DNA of 32,000 nt from Pyrodictium abyssi (GTDB lineage: Archaea > Thermoproteota > Thermoprotei_A > Sulfolobales > Pyrodictiaceae). The stretch covers positions 120,001 to 152,000 of the forward strand of contig NZ_AP028907.1 of NCBI RefSeq assembly GCF_036323395.1. Reading direction: 5' to 3'. Position numbers and translations under genes: made by a program. Shown here piece by piece: positions 9,152-17,399 of the stretch (its first letter is position 1; every line of letters begins with the position of its first letter). The notes beneath the pieces were generated by a model, which saw only the letters and a list, made by a program, of their open reading frames with translations, did not search any database and had not been told where the DNA came from.

Positions 9152-9750
9152 CGCTTGACCTTCTCTAGGAAGTAGCGGTGTATCCTCGTGTCACCGGTTA
9201 GCTCGGGGTGGAAGGCTAGTGCTAGCTTGCCGTCCTCCTCGGCCGCGACTGTGACACCGTCTAGCTCTGCTATGGCCTCTGCTCTGCCCCATAGCTTGGT
9301 TATCGCTGGGGCGCGGATGAAGACTCCGCGGAAGGGCTTCTCGCCTAGAGCTAGTATCTTGAGGTCTACCTCGAAGCTCTCCCTCTGCCTCCCGTAGTAG
9401 TTCCTCACCACCTCGATGTTCATAACCGCTAGTAGCGGCTGCTTGGTCTCGCCTACGACGCGGTCCCGGACACTCTTAGCTAGCAGCGCTGCGCCAGCGC
9501 ACGTGCCCATAGCCGGGAGCCCGGACTCGAGTAGGTCGCGCAGCTCGTCGAGGAGGCCGACGCGGCGGGCTACTACGCCTATCGTCGTGCTCTCGCCGCC
9601 GGGGATTATCACAGCGTCTAGGCCGCGGAGGCTGCTAGGCTTCTTCACCAGTACGGGCTCTATGCTCCAGCCGGTCTCCTGGGCCAGCCTGCGTAGCATG
9701 TGTAGGTGCTCGTAGAAGCCTCCCTGGAGAGCCAGGATACCCACCTTCAC
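9148..9750 (-). CDS. pdxT: Pyridoxal 5'-phosphate synthase glutaminase subunit PdxT
   Basis: MKVGILALQGGFYEHLHML, IIPGGESTTIG, GTCAGAALLAK, FHPELTGDTRIH. Confidence 0.97.
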   Translation of the reverse strand: MKVGILALQGGFYEHLHMLRRLAQETGWSIEPVLVKKPSSLRGLDAVIIPGGESTTIGVVARRVGLLDELRDLLESGLPAMGTCAGAALLAKSVRDRVVGETKQPLLAVMNIEVVRNYYGRQRESFEVDLKILALGEKPFRGVFIRAPAITKLWGRAEAIAELDGVTVAAEEDGKLALAFHPELTGDTRIHRYFLEKVKR

Positions 9751-9752
9751 GG

Positions 9753-10820
9753 CTAGTCGCCCCTTACCTGTAGCAGCTCCTCGGGCTTGAGCTTACGTAT
9801 GTCTATGCCCATCATGCTCTTCTGTTCGCTTATCATCGCCTGGGCCTCTGCTACGGTCTCCGGGTCATCCCACATGCTCGTGGCGAGGACTATCGCTGCA
9901 GCGCGCTCTCTGGGGTCACTGCTCTTGAATATACCGGAGCCGACGAACACGCCGTCGGCGCCCAACCACATCATTAGCGCAGCGTCCGCTGGCGTGGCTA
10001 TGCCGCCGGCGGCGAAGTTTACTACTGGGAGGCGGCCGAGCCGTGCTGTTAGCTCTACTAGCTGGTGTGGCACGCCATACTCGCGGGCTACACGCATCCT
10101 CTCCTCCGGCGTCATGCCGCGGAGGCTCCATATCTCCTTCACGATTATCTTCATGTGGCGTACCGCCTCGGCCACGTTGCCTGTGCCCGCCTCGCCCTTC
10201 GTACGGATCATGGCAGCGCCTTCTGTTATACGGCGGAGGGCTTCGCCAAGGTTCCGGGCGCCGTTAACGAAGGGTACCTTGAACAGCCACTTGTTGATGT
10301 GGTGTTTCTCGTCTACGGGCGTGAGTACCTCGCTCTCGTCTATCATGTCTACGCCTATGCTCTCGAGTATGGCGGCTTCGTAGTAGTGGCCTATACGCAC
10401 CTTAGCCATGACCGGTATAGTGACTGTGTCCATGACCTGCTGTATCACCTTCACGTCGGCCATGCGGGCTACTCCGCCCTGGCGGCGGACGTCGTAGGGC
10501 AGCTTGTCGAGGACCATCACTGAGGCCGCACCGGCCTCCTCCGCTATCCCGGCTTGCTCGGTGTTCGTCACGTCCATGCAGACGCCGCCCTTCTGGAACA
10601 CGGGGAACCCGTACTTGACGCGGAGGGTGCCGCGGGCGGGTATCTCGATGTACTCTGGGAGCTTCTCTGGGCCGTACTGGAACCAGCCGTCCTCGCGGAG
10701 CCTATCAGCAGCCTCGGCTAGGCGGTAGAAGAAGTCCACTATACGGTCAAACCCGACTTCGTATAGACGGGCTCTCTCCACGCCTACGTGGTAGGGGGGT
10801 AGTGTCACAGCCTGGTGCAC
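9753..10820 (-). CDS. pdxS: Pyridoxal 5'-phosphate synthase lyase subunit PdxS
   Basis: [87 protein letters not shown]; adjacent to pdxT. Confidence 0.98.
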   Translation of the reverse strand: MHQAVTLPPYHVGVERARLYEVGFDRIVDFFYRLAEAADRLREDGWFQYGPEKLPEYIEIPARGTLRVKYGFPVFQKGGVCMDVTNTEQAGIAEEAGAASVMVLDKLPYDVRRQGGVARMADVKVIQQVMDTVTIPVMAKVRIGHYYEAAILESIGVDMIDESEVLTPVDEKHHINKWLFKVPFVNGARNLGEALRRITEGAAMIRTKGEAGTGNVAEAVRHMKIIVKEIWSLRGMTPEERMRVAREYGVPHQLVELTARLGRLPVVNFAAGGIATPADAALMMWLGADGVFVGSGIFKSSDPRERAAAIVLATSMWDDPETVAEAQAMISEQKSMMGIDIRKLKPEELLQVRGD

Positions 10821-10977
10821 CGAGATGGCGGGTGTGCTGTGTACCCGGGGAGTGATAAACCTGTATCCCCCGAGGATAGACAGATAGATAACCAGGTTAT
10901 GTCTAGTGCAGCTGAAGCGAGCCGGCCCGGCCCCGCGTCACGGTAGAAAAGCGCTGGGCGCACTAGCGCCTGGCTGC

Positions 10978-12024
10978 CTAGGCCCTAGCCTTCCGGAAGT
11001 ATGGTATCGCTACCAGTGTTAGAGTGTCACGTACCTCTCTCATGCCGCGTATTCTCCGCGTCACTATCTCCGCCACCGTGTCTACATCGCTGGCCTCTAC
11101 CCTGGCTACTAGGTCGTATATGCCCGGTACACTGAGCACCTCTTTGACCTCGTCTATCTCGGCGAGCTTGGCTGCTACGTCCTGCTCGCGGCCAGGCTCA
11201 ACGTTTATCAGTACTAGCGCCACCGTCCTGAGGCCTACCTTCTCTATGTGGTTTAGCGCCGCGAAGGCTAGGTCCGTCGCCGTCACTACCCTGTCTGCGT
11301 TTGCCTCTTTATCGTGGACTACCAGCCGTAGTACGTCGTTCTCCTCCATCAGCTCTACTGCAGCGCGTGCATCGAAGTCCGCTGGCACCCTTATCGCTTC
11401 TCCACGGGCGTAGTCGCCGACCCTAGCCTCGGCCGGGTTTACGCCCTCCGCGAGCGCGGCTAGGAAGTCCCATTCGCGGAGTATTTTGAGCTCGTCTCCG
11501 CTGCGCACGAATACCTCTGTCACGCCGTTACTGTCCATGGCCTTGGCCGCGGCTTGAAGGCTCGCATCGGGGTCGATCACCACCATGTTTCTAGACTTCG
11601 CCTCCACGGTGGCTGTGCCGTAGGGTATGAGCCTCCATAGGTGGAAGGCTATGTGGCGTGGCTCCACGTGGCCGCGTATCTTGTTGCGGTGGTCTACTAC
11701 TGGCAGGAAGCGCACCATCTCCTTCTTCATTATCCTTAGCGCCTCGTCAATCGGGTCGTCTAGCCTGACTACTACCGGGTCTGTGACAGCGTATTCGGCT
11801 ACACGCGCCTTGTCGAGATCGGTGCCCTCGGCTACCGCCTTGACTAGGCGGCGTAGGCTGAGGACGAGGCTTGGCCTCTTCTCCGCGTCTAGCGTCACTG
11901 TTGCTGTTGCGCGGTTGGCTAGCATGACCTCGGCTGCTTTTCTTAGCGTTAGGTCCGCAGCGGCTATGGGGAGCCTCCTAGCCTCCATGACGTCCTTGAC
12001 GAGGGGGAGTATCTGCCCCGTCAT
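10978..12024 (-). CDS. CBS-domain protein with C-terminal Lrp/AsnC-type (RAM) ligand-binding domain, no HTH
   Basis: CBS-like repeats (VKDVMEARRLPIAAADLTLRKAAEVM; VAEYAVTDPVVVRLDDPIDEALRIM..RFLPVVD; NMVVIDPDASLQAAAKAM; VGDYARGEAIRVPADFDARAAVELM) followed by TVALVLINVEPGREQDVAAKLAEIDEVKEVLSVPGIYDLVARVEA. Start chosen at Met44 of the 391-aa ORF because a minus-strand TTATAAAT lies near 12057-12064. Confidence 0.82.
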   Translation of the reverse strand: MTGQILPLVKDVMEARRLPIAAADLTLRKAAEVMLANRATATVTLDAEKRPSLVLSLRRLVKAVAEGTDLDKARVAEYAVTDPVVVRLDDPIDEALRIMKKEMVRFLPVVDHRNKIRGHVEPRHIAFHLWRLIPYGTATVEAKSRNMVVIDPDASLQAAAKAMDSNGVTEVFVRSGDELKILREWDFLAALAEGVNPAEARVGDYARGEAIRVPADFDARAAVELMEENDVLRLVVHDKEANADRVVTATDLAFAALNHIEKVGLRTVALVLINVEPGREQDVAAKLAEIDEVKEVLSVPGIYDLVARVEASDVDTVAEIVTRRIRGMREVRDTLTLVAIPYFRKARA

Positions 12025-12054
12025 GTTCCTCACCCGGGGCGCCCAGGTAGGGAG

Positions 12055-12065
12055 ATTTATAATGT
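12055..12065 (-). promoter_or_regulatory. TATA-like box of the CBS/RAM gene
   Basis: Minus-strand ATTATAAATCT about 35 nt upstream of the proposed start at 12024, compatible with a short-leader archaeal transcript. Confidence 0.45.
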
Positions 12066-12165
12066 AGAATTGGGCTGCCGCTTCTATAAAAACGTTTCTA
12101 TGGGCGGCGGCGCCTCGCCAACCCTTATTTAAGCCTGGCAAGGGGCTACGCAAGGGGGAGCCGAA

Positions 12166-12510
12166 ATGGTTACTGATAAGCTGCTTAGAGCCTTCGTAGC
12201 CTTGCTGGCCCTATCCTACCTCGGGATCAACCTAGCAGTGCCGCTGCCCAGGTTCCTCGTAGCGGAGAACCTTGTACTAGCAGCAGCCTACACCGCCGCG
12301 CTAATAGGGCTACTGAAGGGAATGAGGAAGACTAGTGCCTACCTCGTTCTCCTCGCGGGCTTCAACGCGGGCAGAGTCTCCCGCAGCATAGTCTCGCCGA
12401 CCGGCGAGCTAGGCAGACTAGCAGCCGAGCACGTGCCGCTACTGGCCCTCATCCTGCTAGTGGCGCTGCTAGCGCTACGCGAGACCCTCCGCGCCATGGA
12501 GCAGGGGTAG
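12166..12510 (+). CDS. Small membrane protein (about 3-4 TM)
   Basis: 114-aa hydrophobic ORF (ALLALSYLGINLAVPLPRFLV..., LVLLAGFNAG, LLALILLVALLAL) with a TATA-like TTATTTAA about 40 nt upstream of the ATG. Confidence 0.6.
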   Translation: MVTDKLLRAFVALLALSYLGINLAVPLPRFLVAENLVLAAAYTAALIGLLKGMRKTSAYLVLLAGFNAGRVSRSIVSPTGELGRLAAEHVPLLALILLVALLALRETLRAMEQG

Positions 12511-12561
12511 CGGGCGCGCTCTGCGCCGGCCCGGGGAAGCACCACTCATGGTGTCCCTGCC

Positions 12562-13566
12562 GTGCTCGTGGCAGGGGTGGATGCAGGGGCCTCGCACACG
12601 CGGGCCCTGGTCTACGATACTGGCAGCGGCGGCGTATGGGCGGGCGCTGCTGGGCCGGGTAACCCGGTTAACGTCGGCGCGGCTGCCGCCGGGGCTGCTG
12701 TACGCGAGGCCATCGAGGATGCGCTGCGGGGCACCGGGCATAGGGCCGGGCGCATATCCGTGGTGGTGGCTGGGTTTGCGGGGCTTGACAGTAGGATTCT
12801 CGTCGGGCAGCTAGCCGGCCTTATAGCCTCGGCTAGCGGCTACGGGGATAGGCTAGTAGTTGAGCACGATGCGCACATAGCCCTGGTGCATGCTACTGGC
12901 GGCGCTCCCGGCGTCCTGGTTATAGCGGGGACAGGGAGCATAGCCTACGCGCTATCCCCGAGCGGCGAGAGGATAATCGTTGGGGACCATGGCTGGCTCC
13001 TGGGGGACGAGGGGAGCGGCTTCTGGGTCTCCCGGGCCGCTCTACGCAAGCTGCTCCGCGTGCTCGACGGCCGTGAGCAGCGTAGCTGCCTAACAGACGC
13101 TGTGGCCCGCGCCCTGGGAGTTACCAGCGGCGACGAGCTGGCGTACTGGTTCTACCTTACGCGGGGCCGCGTAGACCGCATCGCTGGCCTCGCCCTCCAC
13201 GTTGCCCGCGCCGCCGAGGAGGGCTGCGGGGAGGCCCGCGAGCTGCTAGAGCAGGGCGCCGAGGAGCTAGCCTGGGCCGCCGTCGTGGCTGCCCGGAGGG
13301 CCGGCCTAGACACCGTCTACGTGACGGGCTCCATGTTCCGGAGCCGGGTCTTCCGGGACAAGTTCAGAGCGGGGCTGGAGGAGCACGGGCTGTGGATGAG
13401 CAGTAGGGAGGTCTACCCTGCTCTGGGCGCGTTGATGCTAGCCCTGGAGAAGGCAGGGCTGAGAGAGGAGGCAGAAGCCGTGGCTGAGGACCCCGTGGTC
13501 CTGGAGGCCGCGCGGGGCCTCTACGAAGAGGGGACTAGCGCATCTGCTGGGTCAGCAGGGCTGTGA
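12562..13566 (+). CDS. BadF/BadG/BcrA/BcrD-type ATPase / N-acetylglucosamine-kinase-like sugar kinase
   Basis: ASKHA signatures: VAGVDAGASHTRALVYD, VEHDAHIALVHA, VLVIAGTGSIAYAL, GDHGWLLGDEGSGFW, VYVTGSMF. Confidence 0.85.
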   Translation: MLVAGVDAGASHTRALVYDTGSGGVWAGAAGPGNPVNVGAAAAGAAVREAIEDALRGTGHRAGRISVVVAGFAGLDSRILVGQLAGLIASASGYGDRLVVEHDAHIALVHATGGAPGVLVIAGTGSIAYALSPSGERIIVGDHGWLLGDEGSGFWVSRAALRKLLRVLDGREQRSCLTDAVARALGVTSGDELAYWFYLTRGRVDRIAGLALHVARAAEEGCGEARELLEQGAEELAWAAVVAARRAGLDTVYVTGSMFRSRVFRDKFRAGLEEHGLWMSSREVYPALGALMLALEKAGLREEAEAVAEDPVVLEAARGLYEEGTSASAGSAGL

Positions 13567-14383
13567 AGCCGCCGAGGTACACCATGGCCTCCATCGCCCG
13601 GTAGGCCTCCTCCACGCTGGCCGCCCGGTAGCATACCCGGCGCCCTGTGTCCCGGTCGGTGCCCGGCATGAGGGCTGCTGTCTCCGCGTAGGCTGGGCTC
13701 ATGAACTCTATGCATACCTCTACCGCGTCCCAGCCCATCCGGAGCGGTTTCAGCTCGCCGGCACGGCTCCTCCGGATGGACTCCTTAACGGCTTCCCGCA
13801 GGTCTTCCTCAACCTCCTCGATGGAGGGCGACACGGATGATAGGTAGCCCGTGCTCCTCGACAGGGGGAGCCACACCGCCCAGGGAGTGTACTGCTCTAC
13901 CTCCTTGCCCAGCTCGCCGCTCCCCGCGACGAGGCCTACCGGTATACCCCATTCTCCTAGCAGCAGAGCGTTGAACAGGTACTCGGACGCCTCTAGCCCG
14001 TTGACCGTGAGCCTGTACACCACTCTACTCGAGAAGCTATGAGCGAGCACAGAGTCCACACCAGCCCGGGCATGGTAGCCGAGGAACACCGCGTAGCTCG
14101 AGCCACGGGCGCCAGCCACCATAGAGAGGCTCCGCGGGAACCCCCGCACCACCTCCACGCCGCGCGGCATCTGCTGCGGCTCGATGTTGACCATGAGCCC
14201 GTGGCTATCAGCTACCACTACACTGTAGCCCTGCTCGACCAGCAGCGCCGCTGCTAGGCGCGTAAGCCTAGTGGCGACTATGCGGAGCTCGCTAAAGAGG
14301 CTACGTCCCGGCATGAGCTGGAGCGGCGAGACTATGTAGGGCAGGCCCTCCGCGTCAACAGAGACAAACACTTTTCCAGCCAC
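13535..14383 (-). CDS. M55 family peptidase (DppA D-aminopeptidase-like)
   Basis: KVFVSVDAEGLPYIV, VVVADSHGLMVNI, FLGYHARAGVDSVLAHSFSSRVV, EASEYLFNALLLGEWGIPVGLVAG, TPWAVWLPLSRSTG match the DppA pattern. Confidence 0.88.
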   Translation of the reverse strand: MAGKVFVSVDAEGLPYIVSPLQLMPGRSLFSELRIVATRLTRLAAALLVEQGYSVVVADSHGLMVNIEPQQMPRGVEVVRGFPRSLSMVAGARGSSYAVFLGYHARAGVDSVLAHSFSSRVVYRLTVNGLEASEYLFNALLLGEWGIPVGLVAGSGELGKEVEQYTPWAVWLPLSRSTGYLSSVSPSIEEVEEDLREAVKESIRRSRAGELKPLRMGWDAVEVCIEFMSPAYAETAALMPGTDRDTGRRVCYRAASVEEAYRAMEAMVYLGGFTALLTQQMR

Positions 14384-14437
14384 TGTGCCAGCACCCTGTG
14401 GGGCTAGCGCCGCTGAAGGTAATAATGCTGGAGCCTT

Positions 14438-15226
14438 TTACTGCCGCTGCGGGCCGGCGGCCGCCGCTCTCGCTTTCGAGGCCTCCACGTGGTCTAGGTA
14501 TAGCTTGTAGAGGCGGAGTAGCTCCTCCTCCGCCTCCCCGGGGTCCCCGTAGACGAGCACCGCCTCGTCTACCAGGGTTTTCGCGAGCGCCGGGCTAACC
14601 CCCAGGTCCAACACCACGAGGTCCACTGGCACGCCTAGCTCGTCCTCGAGCACAGCTTGGAGCCTGCCCACCTCGAGCATACTCCGTGGCCTACGCCCGA
14701 GCCTAACTGCCAGATCCACGTCCCTGCCGCAGCCGCTGCGCGCTAGCGAGCCGAACAGGAGGACCAAGCGTAGCCCGAGGCGCTCCGCTGCCCTGCGTAT
14801 CCGCTGCTTCACCTCGCCGATACAGGGGTCGTCCCGGGCCAGCTCCGCGAGCCGCGCGACCACATGGGGCGTCTTCTCGGCTATCTCCCTGAACGCCTCC
14901 ATCTCGAGCTCTCTGTTTATCTCGGCGTACATGTGGACGAGTATATTACGGAACCCTGCGAGCCCTTCAAGGAACTCCGCCAAGTCGCTGCCGAGCCCAG
15001 CGCGTCTGGCTAGCCACCTCGCCAGCTCGCGGTAGCTACCCGGCTTCGCCCCTCTCTCCCTAGAGGCGAGCACCGCGGCGAAGTCGAGGATGCACTGCGC
15101 TATGAGCTGGGCTAGCCTCTCAACCGCGTATACCCTCTCCTCGCCGCGCTCATACTCCCTTAGCGCGTCTACGAACTCCTCGTAGTAGCCCCTAATCATG
15201 CTGAGAAGCTCCTGGAGCCTCGACAC
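14438..15226 (-). CDS. Single-chain HepT-like HEPN / MntA-like minimal nucleotidyltransferase fusion
   Basis: N-terminal HEPN domain with RNILVHMY (R-x4-H-x-Y) and C-terminal MNT domain with LFGSLARSGCGRDVDLAV followed by VPVDLVVLD, all in one uninterrupted 262-aa ORF. Confidence 0.88.
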   Translation of the reverse strand: MSRLQELLSMIRGYYEEFVDALREYERGEERVYAVERLAQLIAQCILDFAAVLASRERGAKPGSYRELARWLARRAGLGSDLAEFLEGLAGFRNILVHMYAEINRELEMEAFREIAEKTPHVVARLAELARDDPCIGEVKQRIRRAAERLGLRLVLLFGSLARSGCGRDVDLAVRLGRRPRSMLEVGRLQAVLEDELGVPVDLVVLDLGVSPALAKTLVDEAVLVYGDPGEAEEELLRLYKLYLDHVEASKARAAAAGPQRQ

Positions 15227-15329
15227 ACCGCGCCCCTATGCTCTATGCGTCCACCACGCCAGGTAATAACGCCGCCACGGCACGCACCACGGATAGCGGG
15301 GGAGGGGCCACCCGCTGCGCGGCGCCGGG

Positions 15330-16400
15330 CTACACTCTAGCCAAGAGCAACAAGCTGCTCACGCTGAGCAGGATTATCAGCACAGCCTCGTTCTTGTCCA
15401 GCTCGCCGCCGCTCGCTATACTGTGCTGTACCAGCCATAGACCCGCCGCGAGCACGCCGAGCGTGTAGACGATGTAGCGGTCCAGGGGCAGAGGGAGCAG
15501 TATAGCCAGCACAGCGTATACTAGGAGCAGTGTAGCGCTAGTAGCTGCTATCAGCCCAAAGCCTGCCTCCTCGCGCCGCCCCCGCGCAGCCGCTAGGAGG
15601 TTCAGCGCAGCCTCCGGCGCCACGCCCACTAGGCCTATGAGGAGCCCCGCTGCGCCAAGACCCATGCCGTGAACCATGCCCTCGACCCCAGCGCTCATAG
15701 CCTCAGCAGCAGCTACGAGGCCGCCCAGGCCGCCGAGCAGCCATGGGGCCCATCCGAGCCCGCCAGCCCCCGCACCGGGCTCGCGGCCGGCCCTCACGAC
15801 CCAGAGTATGTAGACGAGGAAGAACACGAGGAGCGTCAGAGACGCCTCCAAGGGGTCCCTAGGCACCACTCCGAGGTAGGCAGCCTCCACCAACGCGTAG
15901 AGCACGATAACCGAGACAGCAGCCACCACCGCACGGAGCAGAGGCAGCTCTATAGCCGAAGCCTCTGAGGGCGTCCTTAGCCTGCCACGGCCCATGAGCA
16001 CAACGATGCCAAGCACAGCCAAGTTGAACCCAGCACTCACCATCACGGATAGTACTGCTAGCTCGACTAGCTCCGGGTTGCCCTCCGCCACACCCCTCGA
16101 GCCGATACTATAGGCCAGAAGCAGCTCCGGAGCAACAGCGAGACTATTCACCAGGACACCCGCCGCGTAGCGGCGAAGCCCATACGCGTGCGCAGCCTCC
16201 TCGAGCCCGTGGACCGTGACCTCGCCGAACCCAAGGATACCCAGAAGCCCGCCAACAACAGCCAGCACGACAGAGCCGCCGTGCGCGCCCCAGAGCCCCA
16301 CAGCGAGGCCGACAACGCCCAGCACTAGGTAGAGTGCTAGCCCGCGGCCAGCCATACACCACACCAGGGCAGACAGCAACCCCGGGAATGCTAAAACCAC
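15330..16400 (-). CDS. CaCA-superfamily (sodium/calcium exchanger-like) membrane protein
   Basis: About 10-11 hydrophobic segments in two halves with acidic/asparagine-rich motifs (GVLVNSLAVAPELLLAYSIGSRG; GLVGVAPEAALNLLAAARGRREEAGFGLIAATSATLLLV) resembling alpha-repeats. Confidence 0.7.
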   Translation of the reverse strand: MVLAFPGLLSALVWCMAGRGLALYLVLGVVGLAVGLWGAHGGSVVLAVVGGLLGILGFGEVTVHGLEEAAHAYGLRRYAAGVLVNSLAVAPELLLAYSIGSRGVAEGNPELVELAVLSVMVSAGFNLAVLGIVVLMGRGRLRTPSEASAIELPLLRAVVAAVSVIVLYALVEAAYLGVVPRDPLEASLTLLVFFLVYILWVVRAGREPGAGAGGLGWAPWLLGGLGGLVAAAEAMSAGVEGMVHGMGLGAAGLLIGLVGVAPEAALNLLAAARGRREEAGFGLIAATSATLLLVYAVLAILLPLPLDRYIVYTLGVLAAGLWLVQHSIASGGELDKNEAVLIILLSVSSLLLLARV

Positions 16401-16450
16401 CTAGCCCCGTCCCGACCGAGCTACGCTAGAGCCCCCTGGAGCCGCACAGA

Positions 16451-16460
16451 GCCTATAAGC
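16451..16460 (-). promoter_or_regulatory. TATA-like element of the exchanger gene
   Basis: Minus-strand GCTTATAGGC about 50 nt upstream of the ORF start at 16400. Confidence 0.4.
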
Positions 16461-16470
16461 AGCACTATCT

Positions 16471-16487
16471 CACAGTATCATACTGTG
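16471..16487. repeat. Perfect inverted repeat CACAGTAT-C-ATACTGTG (candidate operator)
   Basis: Read directly; 8-bp arms with 1-nt spacer, immediately upstream of the TATA-like element for the exchanger gene. Confidence 0.75.
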
Positions 16488-16511
16488 GGTATCATTGTCA
16501 AGAGGCCATGG

Positions 16512-16925
16512 CTAGATGCCAGCTAGGCGCTGGAACCCATCGATCACTATTACCGGCCTCTCGCCGAGGAGCCGGGCTGCGAAGCGTAGGAGATCGCGCA
16601 GCCACTGGAAGGAGGCCTCGAGCCCCGTTGCTACGGAGAGCTGGCGGGAGAGGTCGCGCAGCGCTAGCTCCCGCTCAGCGTAGTTGACTACAAGGTACAA
16701 GCCACGGCGGCCGCGGAGGAAGCGCCGTATGAGGAATGTCTTCCCCAGCCTCCTCCGCCCGTAGACCACCACCAGCTCTGACCGGCCGGAAGCATACACC
16801 TCTTCCAGAACTGCTAGCTCCCTCTCGCGGTCCACGAAACGCGTACCCAAGATACCCGGACCCCAGGGTCCCGTACTCCAGAGTACGTATCCCGTAGACA
16901 AGCTAGGTAAGTGGCTATCCCCCAC
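16512..16925 (-). pseudogene. Truncated archaeal AAA-type ATPase remnant
   Basis: RFVDRERELAVLEEVYASGRSELVVVYGRRRLGKTFLIRRFLRGRRGLYLVVNYAERELALRDL matches the N-terminus of the archaeal ATPase family. Stops right after the Walker B region (VIVIDGFQRLAGI*), where the family usually has DEF and continues for a few hundred residues. Confidence 0.78.
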
Positions 16926-17048
16926 AGCGCTAGTATCGCACAGCCCCGCCCTCGGCTAGACTGTGTTGGAGCCCCGCGAGCAGGAGTTAGGATGGGCATG
17001 GATCAACGGCTCGAGGTACAGAGGGATCGTCGATCCCTGGGCATCGGG

Positions 17049-17399
17049 CTAGGGAGTCGGGCTCTCCGGCTGCTGGGCCTTGGGGTTGTCGGTGTCCTCG
17101 CTGTGTGCCGGGTATATGCATACTGGGTAGACGCCATCTGTTATCGTTAGATGGCTTCTGCCCTTGTAGACTCTTAGCCCTCTCCTCTTGGCCTCCTCAG
17201 CGAGCTTCTCGACATCGCTGCATACGAACTCGAGGTAGCCCGGCAGGTAGTCCACTAGGAGTGCGTCACCAGCGTCGATTGCCTTCTTTGTATAGCCGGT
17301 GGGCCTGCAGCGCTCCATTATGAAGCCCATGTATTCGGGGAGTACCAGCCCCGGTACAAGCTCTATTACTCGTGCCCCTAGCGGCCTGGGTTTCCTCAA
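17049..17399 (-). CDS. Hypothetical 116-aa protein, TTG start overlapping the stop of the nucleotidyltransferase frame
   Basis: ORF MRKPRPLGARVIELVPGLVLPEYMGFIMERCRPTGYTKKAIDAGDALLVDYLPGYLEFVCSDVEKLAEEAKRRGLRVYKGR...; TTGA start/stop overlap at 17396-17399 with the upstream frame. Confidence 0.5.
   Translation of the reverse strand: MRKPRPLGARVIELVPGLVLPEYMGFIMERCRPTGYTKKAIDAGDALLVDYLPGYLEFVCSDVEKLAEEAKRRGLRVYKGRSHLTITDGVYPVCIYPAHSEDTDNPKAQQPESPTP

Noticed and set aside
14438-15226. Two separate overlapping HepT and MntA genes
   Set aside because: Both motifs lie in one continuous frame with no intervening stop, and the linker (DDPCIGEVKQRIRRAAERLGLRLVLLFGS) reads straight into the MNT domain.
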